Below are positions 50,512-60,637 of a stretch of 60,637 nt of DNA, piece after piece (within the stretch, counting starts at the first letter, position 1; every line of letters begins with the position of its first letter). Under the pieces are notes generated by a model, which saw only the letters and a list, made by a program, of their open reading frames with translations, was not told where the DNA came from and made no database searches. The stretch is taken from contig JASJXX010000005.1 of assembly GCA_030123765.1 (NCBI GenBank), positions 1-60,637 of the forward strand, written 5' to 3'. The stretch comes from Actinomycetota bacterium (lineage in GTDB: Bacteria; Actinomycetota; Acidimicrobiia; Spongiisociales; UBA5794). The position numbers and the translations under genes are program-made.

Positions 50512-51825
50512 CTAGCCGACGCGCCTGATGGTGATCTTCAGCACCGGCCCGGACCAGTCATGTGCCTCGGTCAGGTCGCTTCCACCCTGGATGCCCAGGT
50601 GGCTGTGAATCTTCCCGTTCTCCGCGAGGGCGGGATTCGATTCGCCTGTGCCCGTGCCAGGATTCCCGTCACACGGGGGTACGAGATCGGCGAACGACTC
50701 TGTGTTCAGCTCGGTGCCCGCGTCAAAGGCCCCCGCGTAGTAGTCATGCTGATCTCCGATGCGCCCGGGAAGCCGATCTCCGTCGATGCCCCCGAACCCG
50801 TCGTTCGTGCACACGAGCATCGCTGCGAGTGAGAACCTGTTCGCTGCTCCAACGACCTCGAGCAGACCGACGGCAGAAGTGCCAGGGGCGAGTGGCGCGC
50901 CGCCGATCACGGTCGAAGCGAGGATGTCATCATCCGCCGCGACCTCGGCTGCGAGCACCGAGACGCCGCCGTTCTCTGCGAGCTGCTGGATCCCGTTCGA
51001 TGCCGCGGCACCATCGCGGAACAGGTGATGTCGTCCCAGATGCACAGCGAAGACGGCCGGGGTGATCGGCTGGCCCGTTGTGAGGTTCGTGATCGTGATC
51101 TCGTAGGTTGCGACTCGTTCGATCGTGACCTTGATGACAGGATTCTGCCATCCGTGGGTCGCGGGTGAGAGGTCCCCTGTCTCGGTGATGCCTTGGTGGT
51201 TGTGGACGGTGCTGTTCTCAGCGAGGTCGGGATTCGACATACCCGTGCCCACGCCCGTCCCGGAACACGGCGGGACGAGATCGATGAAGCTCTGCGTGTT
51301 GATCTCGGTACCTGCGTCGTATGCCCGTCCGTATCTCGTGATCTCCGCGCTGGTGCGGGACAGCTGTACTCCGATAACGCTCGCGAATCCGTCGTTCGTA
51401 CAGATCAGCATTGCTGCGACCGAGATGCGAGTCGCATCTCCGGTCGTCGTAATGAGCGTGCTCGCACTCTGCCCGGGCGCAATGGGGCCTCCGTCCGTAA
51501 CGGCGACATCGGCAACGCGGCTGTCCGCGGTGAGTTCGTCCACCAGTACGGGAACGGCACCGTTCTCTGCGAGCTGCTGGAGCCCGTTCGAGGGTGGCTC
51601 AGCGATCCTGAACAGTCGGAACGATCGGTCATGGGTTGCGACGACCGCCGGGGTGAGCGTCTGATTCTCTGTCAGGTTTGTCACCGTCACGCGATACGTC
51701 TCGATCGTCTCGCTCGACGCGGATGCTGGGCCGGCGATCGCCGCCGCGGATGCAAGCAGCGCCGTGGCGACCACAAGGATCCATGTGCGATGCCATCGAG
51801 ACATCGGGTTGGTCTGTTCGTACAA
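50512..51825 (-). CDS. Secreted protein with two tandem Spondin_N domains (start TTG 51825 or ATG 51804)
   Basis: Signal peptide; two copies of Y.(V/I)T.TNLT..Q..TP..H..SNG.QQLAENG..MLxCTNDGF..DAGTE.NT. Confidence 0.88.
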   Translation of the reverse strand: MYEQTNPMSRWHRTWILVVATALLASAAAIAGPASASSETIETYRVTVTNLTENQTLTPAVVATHDRSFRLFRIAEPPSNGLQQLAENGAVPVLVDELTADSRVADVAVTDGGPIAPGQSASTLITTTGDATRISVAAMLICTNDGFASVIGVQLSRTSAEITRYGRAYDAGTEINTQSFIDLVPPCSGTGVGTGMSNPDLAENSTVHNHQGITETGDLSPATHGWQNPVIKVTIERVATYEITITNLTTGQPITPAVFAVHLGRHHLFRDGAAASNGIQQLAENGGVSVLAAEVAADDDILASTVIGGAPLAPGTSAVGLLEVVGAANRFSLAAMLVCTNDGFGGIDGDRLPGRIGDQHDYYAGAFDAGTELNTESFADLVPPCDGNPGTGTGESNPALAENGKIHSHLGIQGGSDLTEAHDWSGPVLKITIRRVG

Positions 51826-51878
51826 GTCACACCTCCTGTGTGTTGCCACAAGCATCCCGGGCGTGTCTTTCCACGATC

Positions 51879-51905
51879 TGAATGAGAGATGAACAAAGGC
51901 TGAAC
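51879..51905. promoter_or_regulatory. Three TGAA direct repeats with 11-bp period, putative OmpR/PhoB-type operator
   Basis: TGAA at 51879, 51890 and 51901, between the divergent spondin gene and response regulator. Confidence 0.55.
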
Positions 51906-51942
51906 ACGCTGTCCTGGGACACGGGTGTCGTACGATTGTGAG

Positions 51943-52644
51943 ATGGCGCACACGGATCCACTTCGCAGAACCGTCCTTGTCGTGGATGACGAGGCGATGG
52001 TGAGGGAGGTTGTCTGCACGTATCTCGAGAGGGAGGGCTTCACCACGATCGAGGCGGTTGACGGAGCGACTGCGGTGCAGCTCGCTGCGGAGAGGGAACC
52101 TGACCTCATCATTCTCGACGTGATGCTGCCGAAACTCGACGGCTACTCAGTCTTGTCCGAACTGCGCAAGAGGACCGATGTGCCCGTGATACTCCTGACA
52201 GCGCGCGCTGATGAGGTCGATCGTGTGCTCGGACTCGAGCTCGGCGCAGATGACTACGTGGTGAAGCCCTTCTCCCCGCGTGAACTTGCTGCTCGGGTTC
52301 GATCCGTGCTGCGCCGCACGGCTACGCCCGACTACAAAGCGACTCGCATGGACTTCGGCGGAATCGTGATCGACTGCCGAACGAGAGAGGTCGAGATCGA
52401 CGGGAGTCCGATCGAGATGCCCCCCATGGAGTTCGACCTTCTTGCCTTCCTGGCGTCGTCTCCCAGACAGGTCTTCTCCCGAGGCTAGATTCTGTCAAGC
52501 GTCTGGGGTTCCAGCTCGGATTGGCAGGATCCTTCGACAGTGACCGTGCATGTTCGCCGGTTGCGTCAGAAGATCGAGAAGAGCGCCGAGGATCCGCAAC
52601 GCATCCTCACCGTGTGGGGCCGGGGATACCGGTTCGATCCGTGA
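51943..52644 (+). pseudogene. OmpR-family response regulator interrupted by an in-frame TAG at 52486-52488
   Basis: VLVVDDE, LDVMLP, GADDYVVKPF; the same frame resumes ILSSVWG..TVTVHVRRLRQKIE..TVWGRGYRF and ends at TGA overlapping the kinase start. Confidence 0.88.
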
Positions 52645-53840
52645 GAGCTGTTCTCGCCTCTGTCGCAGCGGTCCTTGGCGGCCTAGCTCTCTTTGAGATA
52701 ACGATGCAGCCGTCCAGTTCGGAGCGCGTCGAACTTGGTGTCATCTTCGTTGTCATGGGTGTGACGAGCGCTCTGGCAGCAGTATTCCTTCCGATCATGG
52801 CGAGGCGATCGCGGCGTCTCATCACCACGCTGTTCGCGTTGTCACTTGTGTCGTTGGTCATCGCAGCCTTCGGACTCGTTGTCACGGCCAACCGGATGTT
52901 CTTCTCCGAACATGATCTGATTCTCCTTCTTGTGGTGCTCGGGTTCGGGTTGTTCGCTTCACTCGGATTCGCGCTCTCAGCCAGCACAACGCTCAGTGAG
53001 GATCTCCTGCGCATGAAGGACACAACGAGAGAAGTCGCCCGGGGCGATCTTGGCGCCCGAACTCAGGTCGAACGTGCCGACGAGATCGGTCAGCTGGCCC
53101 AGGGAATCAACGAAATGGCAGAACGACTCGAGGAAGCGTCATCTGCGCGACTGCGTGAGGAGGCACGGCGGAGACAGTTCTTCGCGTCTGTTGGCCACGA
53201 TCTCCGGACACCTCTCACGTCCGCGCAGGTCGCGGTCGAGGCTCTTCGGGATGGCGTCGCTCCCGACCCTGAGCGCTACTACGCGTCTCTGCAGCAGGAC
53301 CTGCACGCGTTGAACTCTCTTGTCGACGATCTCTTCCTCCTCGCTCGCATTCAGTCCGGAGATATCGTGTTCGAAACTATGTCGACGGACATCACCGACG
53401 TCGCCGACGAGGCGATCGAAGTTCTCTTACCTGTAGCAACGAAACGCGATGTCGCACTCGTGTTGGATGCGCCGAGCAGGGTTGTCATCGACACCAGTCC
53501 TGAGGCAGTCTCCCGTGTCCTTCGCAATCTGCTCGACAACGCTGTTCGCCACGCCCCCTCCGGTAGCGCGGTACGTGTTGAGGTGACCGACGGTGACGGG
53601 GCGGTCATCTCTGTGCGTGACGACGGCCCCGGTTTCTCGCGAGAGTTCATCGGTGAGGCGTTCGAGTCGTTCTCGCGATCCGACCCGGCTCGGGACAGGG
53701 AGACGGGCGGGGCCGGACTCGGCCTGGCGATTGCTGAAGCGTTCGTGGAGGCGCTCGACGGAGAGATCTGGGCAGACCTTGGGCCGGGCGGCACGGTGAC
53801 GTTCCACCTGCCCAACCGGTCGTTCGTCAGGCAGGAGTGA
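52641..53840 (+). CDS. Membrane sensor histidine kinase with HAMP domain
   Basis: TM helices, RADEIGQLA HAMP, HDLRTPL H-box, NLLDNA, DDGPG, GAGLGLAI. Confidence 0.93.
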   Translation: MRAVLASVAAVLGGLALFEITMQPSSSERVELGVIFVVMGVTSALAAVFLPIMARRSRRLITTLFALSLVSLVIAAFGLVVTANRMFFSEHDLILLLVVLGFGLFASLGFALSASTTLSEDLLRMKDTTREVARGDLGARTQVERADEIGQLAQGINEMAERLEEASSARLREEARRRQFFASVGHDLRTPLTSAQVAVEALRDGVAPDPERYYASLQQDLHALNSLVDDLFLLARIQSGDIVFETMSTDITDVADEAIEVLLPVATKRDVALVLDAPSRVVIDTSPEAVSRVLRNLLDNAVRHAPSGSAVRVEVTDGDGAVISVRDDGPGFSREFIGEAFESFSRSDPARDRETGGAGLGLAIAEAFVEALDGEIWADLGPGGTVTFHLPNRSFVRQE

Positions 53841-53970
53841 TTACGGGAGGATTGGCACTCGCTCCCTGCGGGGTGCAGATGCCACGACTGGACCGTCTGC
53901 CACAGCGAGAAATAGCCCAACGTAACGGATCCTGGTTAAGGGGACGCTTCCACACACCGATGGCTTCACT

Positions 53971-56900
53971 ATGGCAGCAGTGACGATCAGAGACATGTTC
54001 GGTCTCGTTCGCCGCGCGGGGAGGGAACACTCGAGAGCGAGGGTTCTTGCGGAGTTGAGTCGGCTCATCGGTGAGCGACTGTTGGCCTTTCGCGTGACGG
54101 TGTTTGTCGAGGACGGTGAACGCCTGATCCCGATGGTTGCTGAGTATCCGTCCGGAGTCATCGATGCCACGTTGTTTGCGAGATGGCGTGAGGAAGGGGC
54201 TGTCGAGAACTCGGAACTGGGAGCCAGAATTCGCGCGGACGAACACCTGCTGCTGATCGAGAACCCGGAGGACGTTCTCCCCGCACGTATGGTGACGGCA
54301 TTCAGGGTCCAGTCTTTGCTGGCGGTGGCGCTGCGCACCGAGGACTCACTTCTCGGTGTTCTCGTCGTTGAGGGCGACTTCGACGAACTCACCGCCCAAC
54401 AGAATGAGATCAGCAAGCTCGCCGAGATCGTGACCCTGACGCTCGAGACGGCGCAGACGTTCGAGAGGGAGCGGGATCGGACACGGGAGATCGAGGCGCT
54501 GCTTGAAGTCGGGACAGCGCTCACCGAGTCCACCGACCTCACCCGGGTCCTGGCAGCGGTTGCTCGCAACTCCGCACGGGTGTGTGGCTTCGAACGGTGC
54601 TCGATAATGATTCTCGATGACTCCGGACGTCTTGAGCCCGTGATGAGCCAATTTGCTGACGGCCACATCGACGTGGAGTTGTGGGAGACGTTCCGACGGA
54701 TAGAAGCAGACCTTCCCGCCGCTGGCTACGTAATCGAGTCGGGGGTCCCCGTGGCGTATGGAGAGCCGGAGACGGTTCCGGAGCTGAATCCGTCGGTGTG
54801 GGTGAGTCCTTTCGGCATCAAGTCGATACTGATGGTTCCTCTCACCGCGTGGGGGGAGAACTTCGGGGTGCTGATGCTCGATCACAGGGAGCGTCGTTCG
54901 ATCGGCCCTGATCTGGTCAAGGTCACACAGGCCGTGGCGGCCCACGGTGCTGCCGCGATCGGACTCAGCCGGCTCCTCGAGCGTGAAGCAGAGAGCCGTC
55001 GCCAGGCCGAGGCGGCGTTGCGGGATCTCCGTGACCGGCAAGCTCAGCAGGGCGCGGTCGCTACGGTGAGCCAGTTGGCGCTGAGAGCGCCGGATCTCGG
55101 CACGTTGATGGAGGAGGCGGTCCGGATTCTCGCAGAGACCCTGGACGTCGAGTACGTGCAGATCCTTGAGATCCAACCCGGTGGCGAGGACCTACGTCTG
55201 AGGGCGGGCGTTGGCTGGGAGGACGGCTTGGTGGGGACCGCAACCGTAGACATCGGTCCCGGCTCACAGGCTGGTTTCACCCTCGCGGCTTCCTCGCCGG
55301 TGGTCGTCGGGGATCTTGCTAGCGAGCACCGGTTCAGTGGACCCGATCTCCTCACAGATCACGAAGTGGTGAGTGGCGTGAGCGTGATCATCGGAGGTCG
55401 AGCGGAGCCCTACGGAGTGCTCGGAGTTTACACGATCCGGCACCGTGCCTTTACCCCCGAAGACATCGACTTTCTTCGGTCGGTCGCCAACGTGTTGGGT
55501 GGCGCGATCGAGCAAGAACGTGGCGAGAGGGCGGTTCTCGAGAGCGAGCAAGTTCTCCAGGCCATCCTCGACACTGCCAGCGATGCCATTGTCTCGGTGG
55601 ACGAGAACCAGAGGATCTTCCTCTTCAACCAGCATGCAAGTGAGACCTTCGGCTACAGCCAGGAAGAGGTGCTCGGGGAGCCTCTGAGCATGCTGCTGTC
55701 CAACAAGATCCGTTCAGCGCACGATGGCTACGTCGAGACTCTCGTCCGCGAGGTGGCGCCGCGGCGGCTCTTGAACAGCCATCGCGAGATATCAGGACTA
55801 CGGAAGAACGGAGAGGAATTCCCGGCAGAGGTCACGACGTCGAGAACCATGGTCGGTGACCGAACAATATTCACTGCCATTGTTCGTGACGTCACCAAGC
55901 AGAACGAATTATGGAGACTGGTCCGAGAGAGCGAGGACCGTTACCGCAGCATCTTCGAACGCTCACCGATCGCCATATGGGAACAGGACTTCACCGCGGT
56001 CGGCGCCTGGCTCGATAGGCTCCGCGACGATGGCGTCACCGACCTGCGTGCGTATCTGACGGCACGGCCCCGAGAGGTAGATCACGGCATCAGGCTTATC
56101 GGCGTGCTCAGCGTCAACCCGGCGGGCGTCGATCTCATCGGAGCGATGAGCCTTGATCAACTCCTCGAGGTCCGGCCCGAAGAATCTCGCGCATCGGGCA
56201 TCCGCGAGGCTTTCGTCACCCAATTCCTGGCTATCTGGGAAGACACGGACAACGTCCAGTTAGAGCTTGTTGGAAGGACCGCCGCAGGTGACCGCATCGA
56301 ATGTGTGCTCCATTTCGCGGTTCGCCGAACCGATGACGGACTCAACCTGTCAGACGTCATTGTTGCGCTCACCGACATAACCGACCGCAAAGCCGCGGAG
56401 GCGCGTCTGGAGGAGTTGGTCAAGTCCAAGGAAGAACTCATTGCTTCGGTCTCCCACGAGATCAGGACGCCGCTCACGGCGATCGTCGGATTCGCTCAGC
56501 TTCTCCAGAGCAACCGTGCTGGCTACAGCGAGTCGGAACACGCTGAGATGCTCGAGATGCTCGTCAACGAGAGCACCGACGTAGAGATCATCGTCGAGGA
56601 TCTCATCGTCGCCGCCAAAGCTGACATCGGGAAGCTGGAGCTGATGCGTGTCCCAGTGGATCTCCGTGTCCAGTCTGCTCAGGTGCTTGAGATGTGGGAC
56701 CAGGGGGCCGCTGGGCACATCGAGTTGAGTGGAGAGTCTGTGCGCTGTGTCGGCGACGCAGCCAGGGTTCGTCAGATCATCCGCAACCTTGTCAGCAACG
56801 CCCTGCGTTACGGCGGAGACAACGTCCGTGCCGAGGTCGGTAGTGTCGATTCCGTCGGATATCTCCGAATAGTCGATGACGGGCTCGGCGTAGACGCGGA

Positions 56901-57138
56901 AGATGCGGAACACATTTTCGAGAGCTACCAGCGCGGTGCGAAGGCTCCAGGACTCACAGCAGCGCTCGGTCTCGGACTTGGGATCTCACGACGACTTGCG
57001 CGCGGCATGAACGGCGACATCAACTATCGGCGCGATCGAGGAGAAACGATCTTCGAGCTCACCCTGCCCCTCGTAGGCTCGAGCGACGCCACCGCGACCA
57101 CTGGCGGAAGCGTCCCCTCGGGAAGGTCTCAAGACTGA
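53971..57138 (+). CDS. Cytoplasmic multi-GAF/PAS sensor histidine kinase
   Basis: About three GAF-like segments, PAS (LRKNGEEFPAE), SHEIRTPL, NLVSNA, DDGLG, GLGL. Confidence 0.9.
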   Translation: MAAVTIRDMFGLVRRAGREHSRARVLAELSRLIGERLLAFRVTVFVEDGERLIPMVAEYPSGVIDATLFARWREEGAVENSELGARIRADEHLLLIENPEDVLPARMVTAFRVQSLLAVALRTEDSLLGVLVVEGDFDELTAQQNEISKLAEIVTLTLETAQTFERERDRTREIEALLEVGTALTESTDLTRVLAAVARNSARVCGFERCSIMILDDSGRLEPVMSQFADGHIDVELWETFRRIEADLPAAGYVIESGVPVAYGEPETVPELNPSVWVSPFGIKSILMVPLTAWGENFGVLMLDHRERRSIGPDLVKVTQAVAAHGAAAIGLSRLLEREAESRRQAEAALRDLRDRQAQQGAVATVSQLALRAPDLGTLMEEAVRILAETLDVEYVQILEIQPGGEDLRLRAGVGWEDGLVGTATVDIGPGSQAGFTLAASSPVVVGDLASEHRFSGPDLLTDHEVVSGVSVIIGGRAEPYGVLGVYTIRHRAFTPEDIDFLRSVANVLGGAIEQERGERAVLESEQVLQAILDTASDAIVSVDENQRIFLFNQHASETFGYSQEEVLGEPLSMLLSNKIRSAHDGYVETLVREVAPRRLLNSHREISGLRKNGEEFPAEVTTSRTMVGDRTIFTAIVRDVTKQNELWRLVRESEDRYRSIFERSPIAIWEQDFTAVGAWLDRLRDDGVTDLRAYLTARPREVDHGIRLIGVLSVNPAGVDLIGAMSLDQLLEVRPEESRASGIREAFVTQFLAIWEDTDNVQLELVGRTAAGDRIECVLHFAVRRTDDGLNLSDVIVALTDITDRKAAEARLEELVKSKEELIASVSHEIRTPLTAIVGFAQLLQSNRAGYSESEHAEMLEMLVNESTDVEIIVEDLIVAAKADIGKLELMRVPVDLRVQSAQVLEMWDQGAAGHIELSGESVRCVGDAARVRQIIRNLVSNALRYGGDNVRAEVGSVDSVGYLRIVDDGLGVDAEDAEHIFESYQRGAKAPGLTAALGLGLGISRRLARGMNGDINYRRDRGETIFELTLPLVGSSDATATTGGSVPSGRSQD

Positions 57139-57237
57139 GGCGTTCGGAGCAGGTCGAGGTTTCTTCTTCAGACGACACTGCGGACCTCTCCGGCACGGGC
57201 GACGCTCGTGGTGGTCGGCACCGGATCTCGGTGTGCA

Positions 57238-58878
57238 CTACGCCATCTCGGTCTGCGCTGCTCTCTCGATATCGAGATCCTCGATAGCCATCTCACGTAG
57301 CCTGAACTTCTGGATCTTGCCGGTGACGGTCATCGGGAACTCGTCGATGAACGCCACGTAGGCCGGGACTTTGAAGTGGGCGATGCGGCCGCGACAGAAC
57401 TCCTTCACCTCCTCCTCGGTCAGGGTCGCCCCCGGCTTCGTCTTGACCCAAGCCATGACCTGCTCCCCGAACTTCTCGTCCGGGACACCGACGACCTGAG
57501 CAGCGACGATCTCAGGATGGGTGTACAGGTACTCCTCGATCTCGCTCGGATACACGTTCTCGCCGCCACGGATGATCATGTCCTTTATCCGTCCGACGAT
57601 CTTGACGTAACCCTCCTCATCCATGGTGGCGAGGTCGCCGGTATGCATCCAGGCATCGGCGTCGATAGCCTCGGCCGTGCGATCTGGATCGTTCCAGTAG
57701 CCGACCATCACCGAGTAGCCGCGGGTGCAGAACTCACCCTGATCTCCCCGTTCGACGGTACGTCCCGTCTCAGGATCCACGATCTTGATCTCTACGTGGG
57801 GATGCACTCGGCCCACGGTTGACACTCTGCGCTCGGTGTCATCGTCGGCCCCGGTCTGTGTCGAGACGGGAGAGGTCTCGGTCATGCCGTACGCGATGGT
57901 CACCTGCTCCATGTGCATATCTGAGATCACCCGTGTCATGATCTCGGTAGGGCAGGGGGACCCTGCCATGATCCCGGTGCGGAGCGTCGTGAGGTCGTAG
58001 TCGTCGAAGTTCTCGTGGTTCAACTCTTCGATGAACATGGTCGGCACGCCGTACAGCGACGTACAGCCTTCAGCCTCGATCGTTTCCAGCACCGCCCGGG
58101 GATCGAAGGACGTTCCCGGGATGACGATGGCAGATCCATGGGTTGTGCAAGCCAGGTTGCCGAGCACCATGCCGAAACAGTGGTAGAACGGAACGGGGAT
58201 ACAGACCCGGTCAGTCTCGTCGTAGCCGCAGGCTTCACCGACGAAGTATCCGTTGTTGAGGATGTTGGCGTGGCTGAGCGTGGCGCCCTTCGGGAATCCA
58301 GTGGTACCGCTGGTGTACTGGATGTTGACGGGCTGATCCGCAGACAAGCTTGCCGAAGTGTCTCGGAGCGTCTGCGCGGTGACGGTCTCCGCTGCTGATA
58401 TCAGGTTCTGCCAGTCTTCCGAGTCGAGATAGATCACCTGCTCTAATGCCGGAGCGCGTGGTCGGACCTCGTCAATCATGGCCACGTAATCCGAGCTCAG
58501 GTGGCTGCGGGCCGAGATCAGAGTGCGGCATCCGGACTGGTTGAGGGTGTACTCGAGCTCCGTCGTGCGATACGCCGGGTTGATGTTCACCAGGATCGCG
58601 CCGATCTTCGCCGTGGCGTACTGCACGAGCACCCACTCCGCATTGTTGGGACTCCAGATGCCGATCCGGTCGCCTACCTTCACACTCGTGGCGAGGAGGC
58701 CACGGGCGACGATGTCTACAGCATCGTTGAACTCTGCGTACGTGTAGCGGATCCCCTGATGAGGGGCGACAAGGGCGTCCCTGTCAGGAAACCTAGCTAC
58801 CGTTGCCTCAAGATTCTGCCCTATCGTCTCGTCGATCAGCGGAACGTTCGTCGGTCCCGCGGCCTCGGCCAGCGCCAT
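57238..58878 (-). CDS. AMP-binding acyl-CoA synthetase
   Basis: [44 protein letters not shown]; start ATG 58878. Confidence 0.95.
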   Translation of the reverse strand: MALAEAAGPTNVPLIDETIGQNLEATVARFPDRDALVAPHQGIRYTYAEFNDAVDIVARGLLATSVKVGDRIGIWSPNNAEWVLVQYATAKIGAILVNINPAYRTTELEYTLNQSGCRTLISARSHLSSDYVAMIDEVRPRAPALEQVIYLDSEDWQNLISAAETVTAQTLRDTSASLSADQPVNIQYTSGTTGFPKGATLSHANILNNGYFVGEACGYDETDRVCIPVPFYHCFGMVLGNLACTTHGSAIVIPGTSFDPRAVLETIEAEGCTSLYGVPTMFIEELNHENFDDYDLTTLRTGIMAGSPCPTEIMTRVISDMHMEQVTIAYGMTETSPVSTQTGADDDTERRVSTVGRVHPHVEIKIVDPETGRTVERGDQGEFCTRGYSVMVGYWNDPDRTAEAIDADAWMHTGDLATMDEEGYVKIVGRIKDMIIRGGENVYPSEIEEYLYTHPEIVAAQVVGVPDEKFGEQVMAWVKTKPGATLTEEEVKEFCRGRIAHFKVPAYVAFIDEFPMTVTGKIQKFRLREMAIEDLDIERAAQTEMA

Positions 58879-59045
58879 CTCCTGCTCCCTTGTCACCCCG
58901 GCAGTACTGCATGAAGGCTGACCGGATCGATCGCCGTTGTCAACCCGGCGAGGGCTTGAGCCCAGGTAGATGTCCGAGGAGGAGCGGGGTGCCGCTGAGT
59001 CTCGATTGCTGATTGTCACAGTGATCCCACCGGTATCCTTGTGGG

Positions 59046-59987
59046 ATGAATCAGATCCATCCTTCCGAAGTCTGGGAGCACGCCCGAGACTGGGCAGTGA
59101 TGCGCTCGTTCGTCTACTACCAGCGGGAGAACTTCATCTGCGAAGGCCTCGTCGAGGGACGCGACATCATCGACTACTCGGCGGGACTCGGTGATCTCTC
59201 GGCCTACGTCAGATCCCTGCATCCATCGAGTCTGCTCGCCACAGCCCCAGAGCCGGAAGCCCCGCGCCCGTCGCTGTTGCCGGACTCGGTCGAATGGATG
59301 ACCGGGGTAGGTGCCGACCGGATCGCCGCCGTGTTACCCGAAGCGTCCGCTGACGTGATCCTGGCTCGTATGGTGATCCAGTTCCCGACGGTGGAGGGCG
59401 ACGCCATCGATGTCGACGGCATCCTTCGACAGATGTATGGCGTTCTGCGCGAGAGCGGCACCATCGTCGTCTCGACCCACTCCTTCTTCTCCCTTCCGCG
59501 CTTCGAGGGAGACCACTCCCGGGCCGATGATCACCTCGCCGCGGTCGAGGCCGACGTTCTCCCTCTCCTTGACGCGCAGGACACTTTCACGCGTGGTGTT
59601 GCACAGGAGACCGCTGGTCTCATTGAACTTGTTCGCTACCTGGGTCTGCCTCCGCGAGAGGGACCCTTCGGCCGAACCGGCTTCGGCTTGAAGATTCCGA
59701 TGCTCGTCAACTCGTTCGTGAGCGAAGGCTTCATCGTCGACAGCGTCGAGGAGATCGAACCATTCACGTTCCCGATTGGCCTCTACGAGAGCATCGTTGA
59801 TGGTGCTGAGTCGGTGGTCGAACTCGGAGAACACATCATGTCTATCAAGCACCGGCATCTCACTTCGGTCGATGCAGCCGATCCGTACCTGCGGCCAGCC
59901 ATCCTGGCAGACATGATCGCCGAGATTCGCGAGCTTCTGCCAGTGACGGCCGTCCCGATCGTACGGATCTGCGCGACGAAGCAGTAG
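59046..59987 (+). CDS. Putative class I SAM-dependent methyltransferase-like protein
   Basis: IIDYSAGLG (motif I-like), [17 protein letters not shown] (motif III-like). Confidence 0.55.
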   Translation: MNQIHPSEVWEHARDWAVMRSFVYYQRENFICEGLVEGRDIIDYSAGLGDLSAYVRSLHPSSLLATAPEPEAPRPSLLPDSVEWMTGVGADRIAAVLPEASADVILARMVIQFPTVEGDAIDVDGILRQMYGVLRESGTIVVSTHSFFSLPRFEGDHSRADDHLAAVEADVLPLLDAQDTFTRGVAQETAGLIELVRYLGLPPREGPFGRTGFGLKIPMLVNSFVSEGFIVDSVEEIEPFTFPIGLYESIVDGAESVVELGEHIMSIKHRHLTSVDAADPYLRPAILADMIAEIRELLPVTAVPIVRICATKQ

Positions 59988-60380
59988 CCCCTGACTCGCT
60001 GGACGATATTGGACACATCTGCTGTCCGTGACGCCGAGCCGGACTATCTAGCGTTGCCTTGTTGGTGGAGTGGGGGATCGGTTCGCTCGAAGTGGTTCCG
60101 GTTGCCTCGAGTCGCTCTCTCCGTCTTGTCAGTGGTCGTTGCATCATGTGTGGCGACGTGCAGCGATCGCGGAAGTGTCTGGTGGCCTGTGTGTCCACAA
60201 CTGTCCGCTGTCAACGGCCACCGCCTGGTAGCAGGTAAGACTCCGACGGCCCTAGCCGCAGTGACCGCTCTGCTGAGAACGGCGCGGCTGGAGCAGCAAT
60301 CGGTGCCACTCCATCCTGCGCCACTATCTCGTCCAGGAAGCGGCTCCTGTCGGATCGTTCCACGCGACTAGAGGGGCCCC

Positions 60381-60637
60381 ATGGATAACACCGTCAACTA
60401 TCTGCTTGACGAGTCGGAGATGCCCACTCAGTGGTACAACATCATTCTTGACCTGCCCGAGCCCCCTCCTCCGCCACTCAACCCGGTGACACACTTCCCT
60501 ATCGGATCTGCGGATGTGGCGCCCCTGTTCCCGATGCCGCTCATCATGCAGGAGGTCAGCACGGAGAGCGAGATCGACATCCCCGGCGGGGATCTACTAC
60601 AAGTACGAGGGGTGAAGAATCTCACCACCGAGACCGG
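60381..60637 (+). CDS. TrpB2-like PLP enzyme, N-terminal fragment running off the window
   Basis: YLLDESEMPTQWYNI..DLP.PPPPPLNP..PLFP..LIMQEVS....IDIP; similarity seems to break after IDIPG. Confidence 0.75.
   Translation, partial: MDNTVNYLLDESEMPTQWYNIILDLPEPPPPPLNPVTHFPIGSADVAPLFPMPLIMQEVSTESEIDIPGGDLLQVRGVKNLTTET

Noticed and set aside
49878-52488. Stop-codon reassignment or pyrrolysine suggested by two in-frame TAGs
   Set aside because: TAG ends many intact genes here (ptrB, msrA, dnaK, infA), the two sites correspond to different expected residues (Trp and Gln), and no pyl genes or suppressor tRNA are visible.

Overview
This is a high-GC, gene-dense bacterial chromosomal window. Gene content suggests an actinobacterium, possibly Acidimicrobiia-like (inference from the dnaK-grpE-dnaJ-hspR operon, DivIVA-domain protein, F420-dependent nitroreductase, SCO4226-type protein and egtB/egtD). 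Most of it is housekeeping or metabolic: ptrB, manC, a ClC channel, msrA, deoD, M20 and M13 peptidases, malic enzyme, tryptophanase, a fused 2-oxoacid dehydrogenase E1, hisC and an acyl-CoA synthetase. Accessory or unusual parts are: (i) an sqr-DUF1641-tusE-dsrE sulfur-relay operon with a structured leader; (ii) a mosaic insertion at about 15.3-17.5 kb carrying a lower-GC nickel-permease-like gene, an IS3 end and a truncated IS256; (iii) an egtB-egtD operon preceded by a structured leader that resembles a SAM-IV riboswitch but lacks the SAM-binding P3 core, the top candidate for a new riboswitch variant; (iv) a candidate small RNA at about 23.7 kb; (v) an orphan IF-1 gene with a probable AUC start codon; (vi) a LuxR-AAA/SCO4226/spondin/two-component region with decayed genes. 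I saw no rRNA, tRNA or CRISPR array. All calls come from reading motifs by eye; no database search was run.
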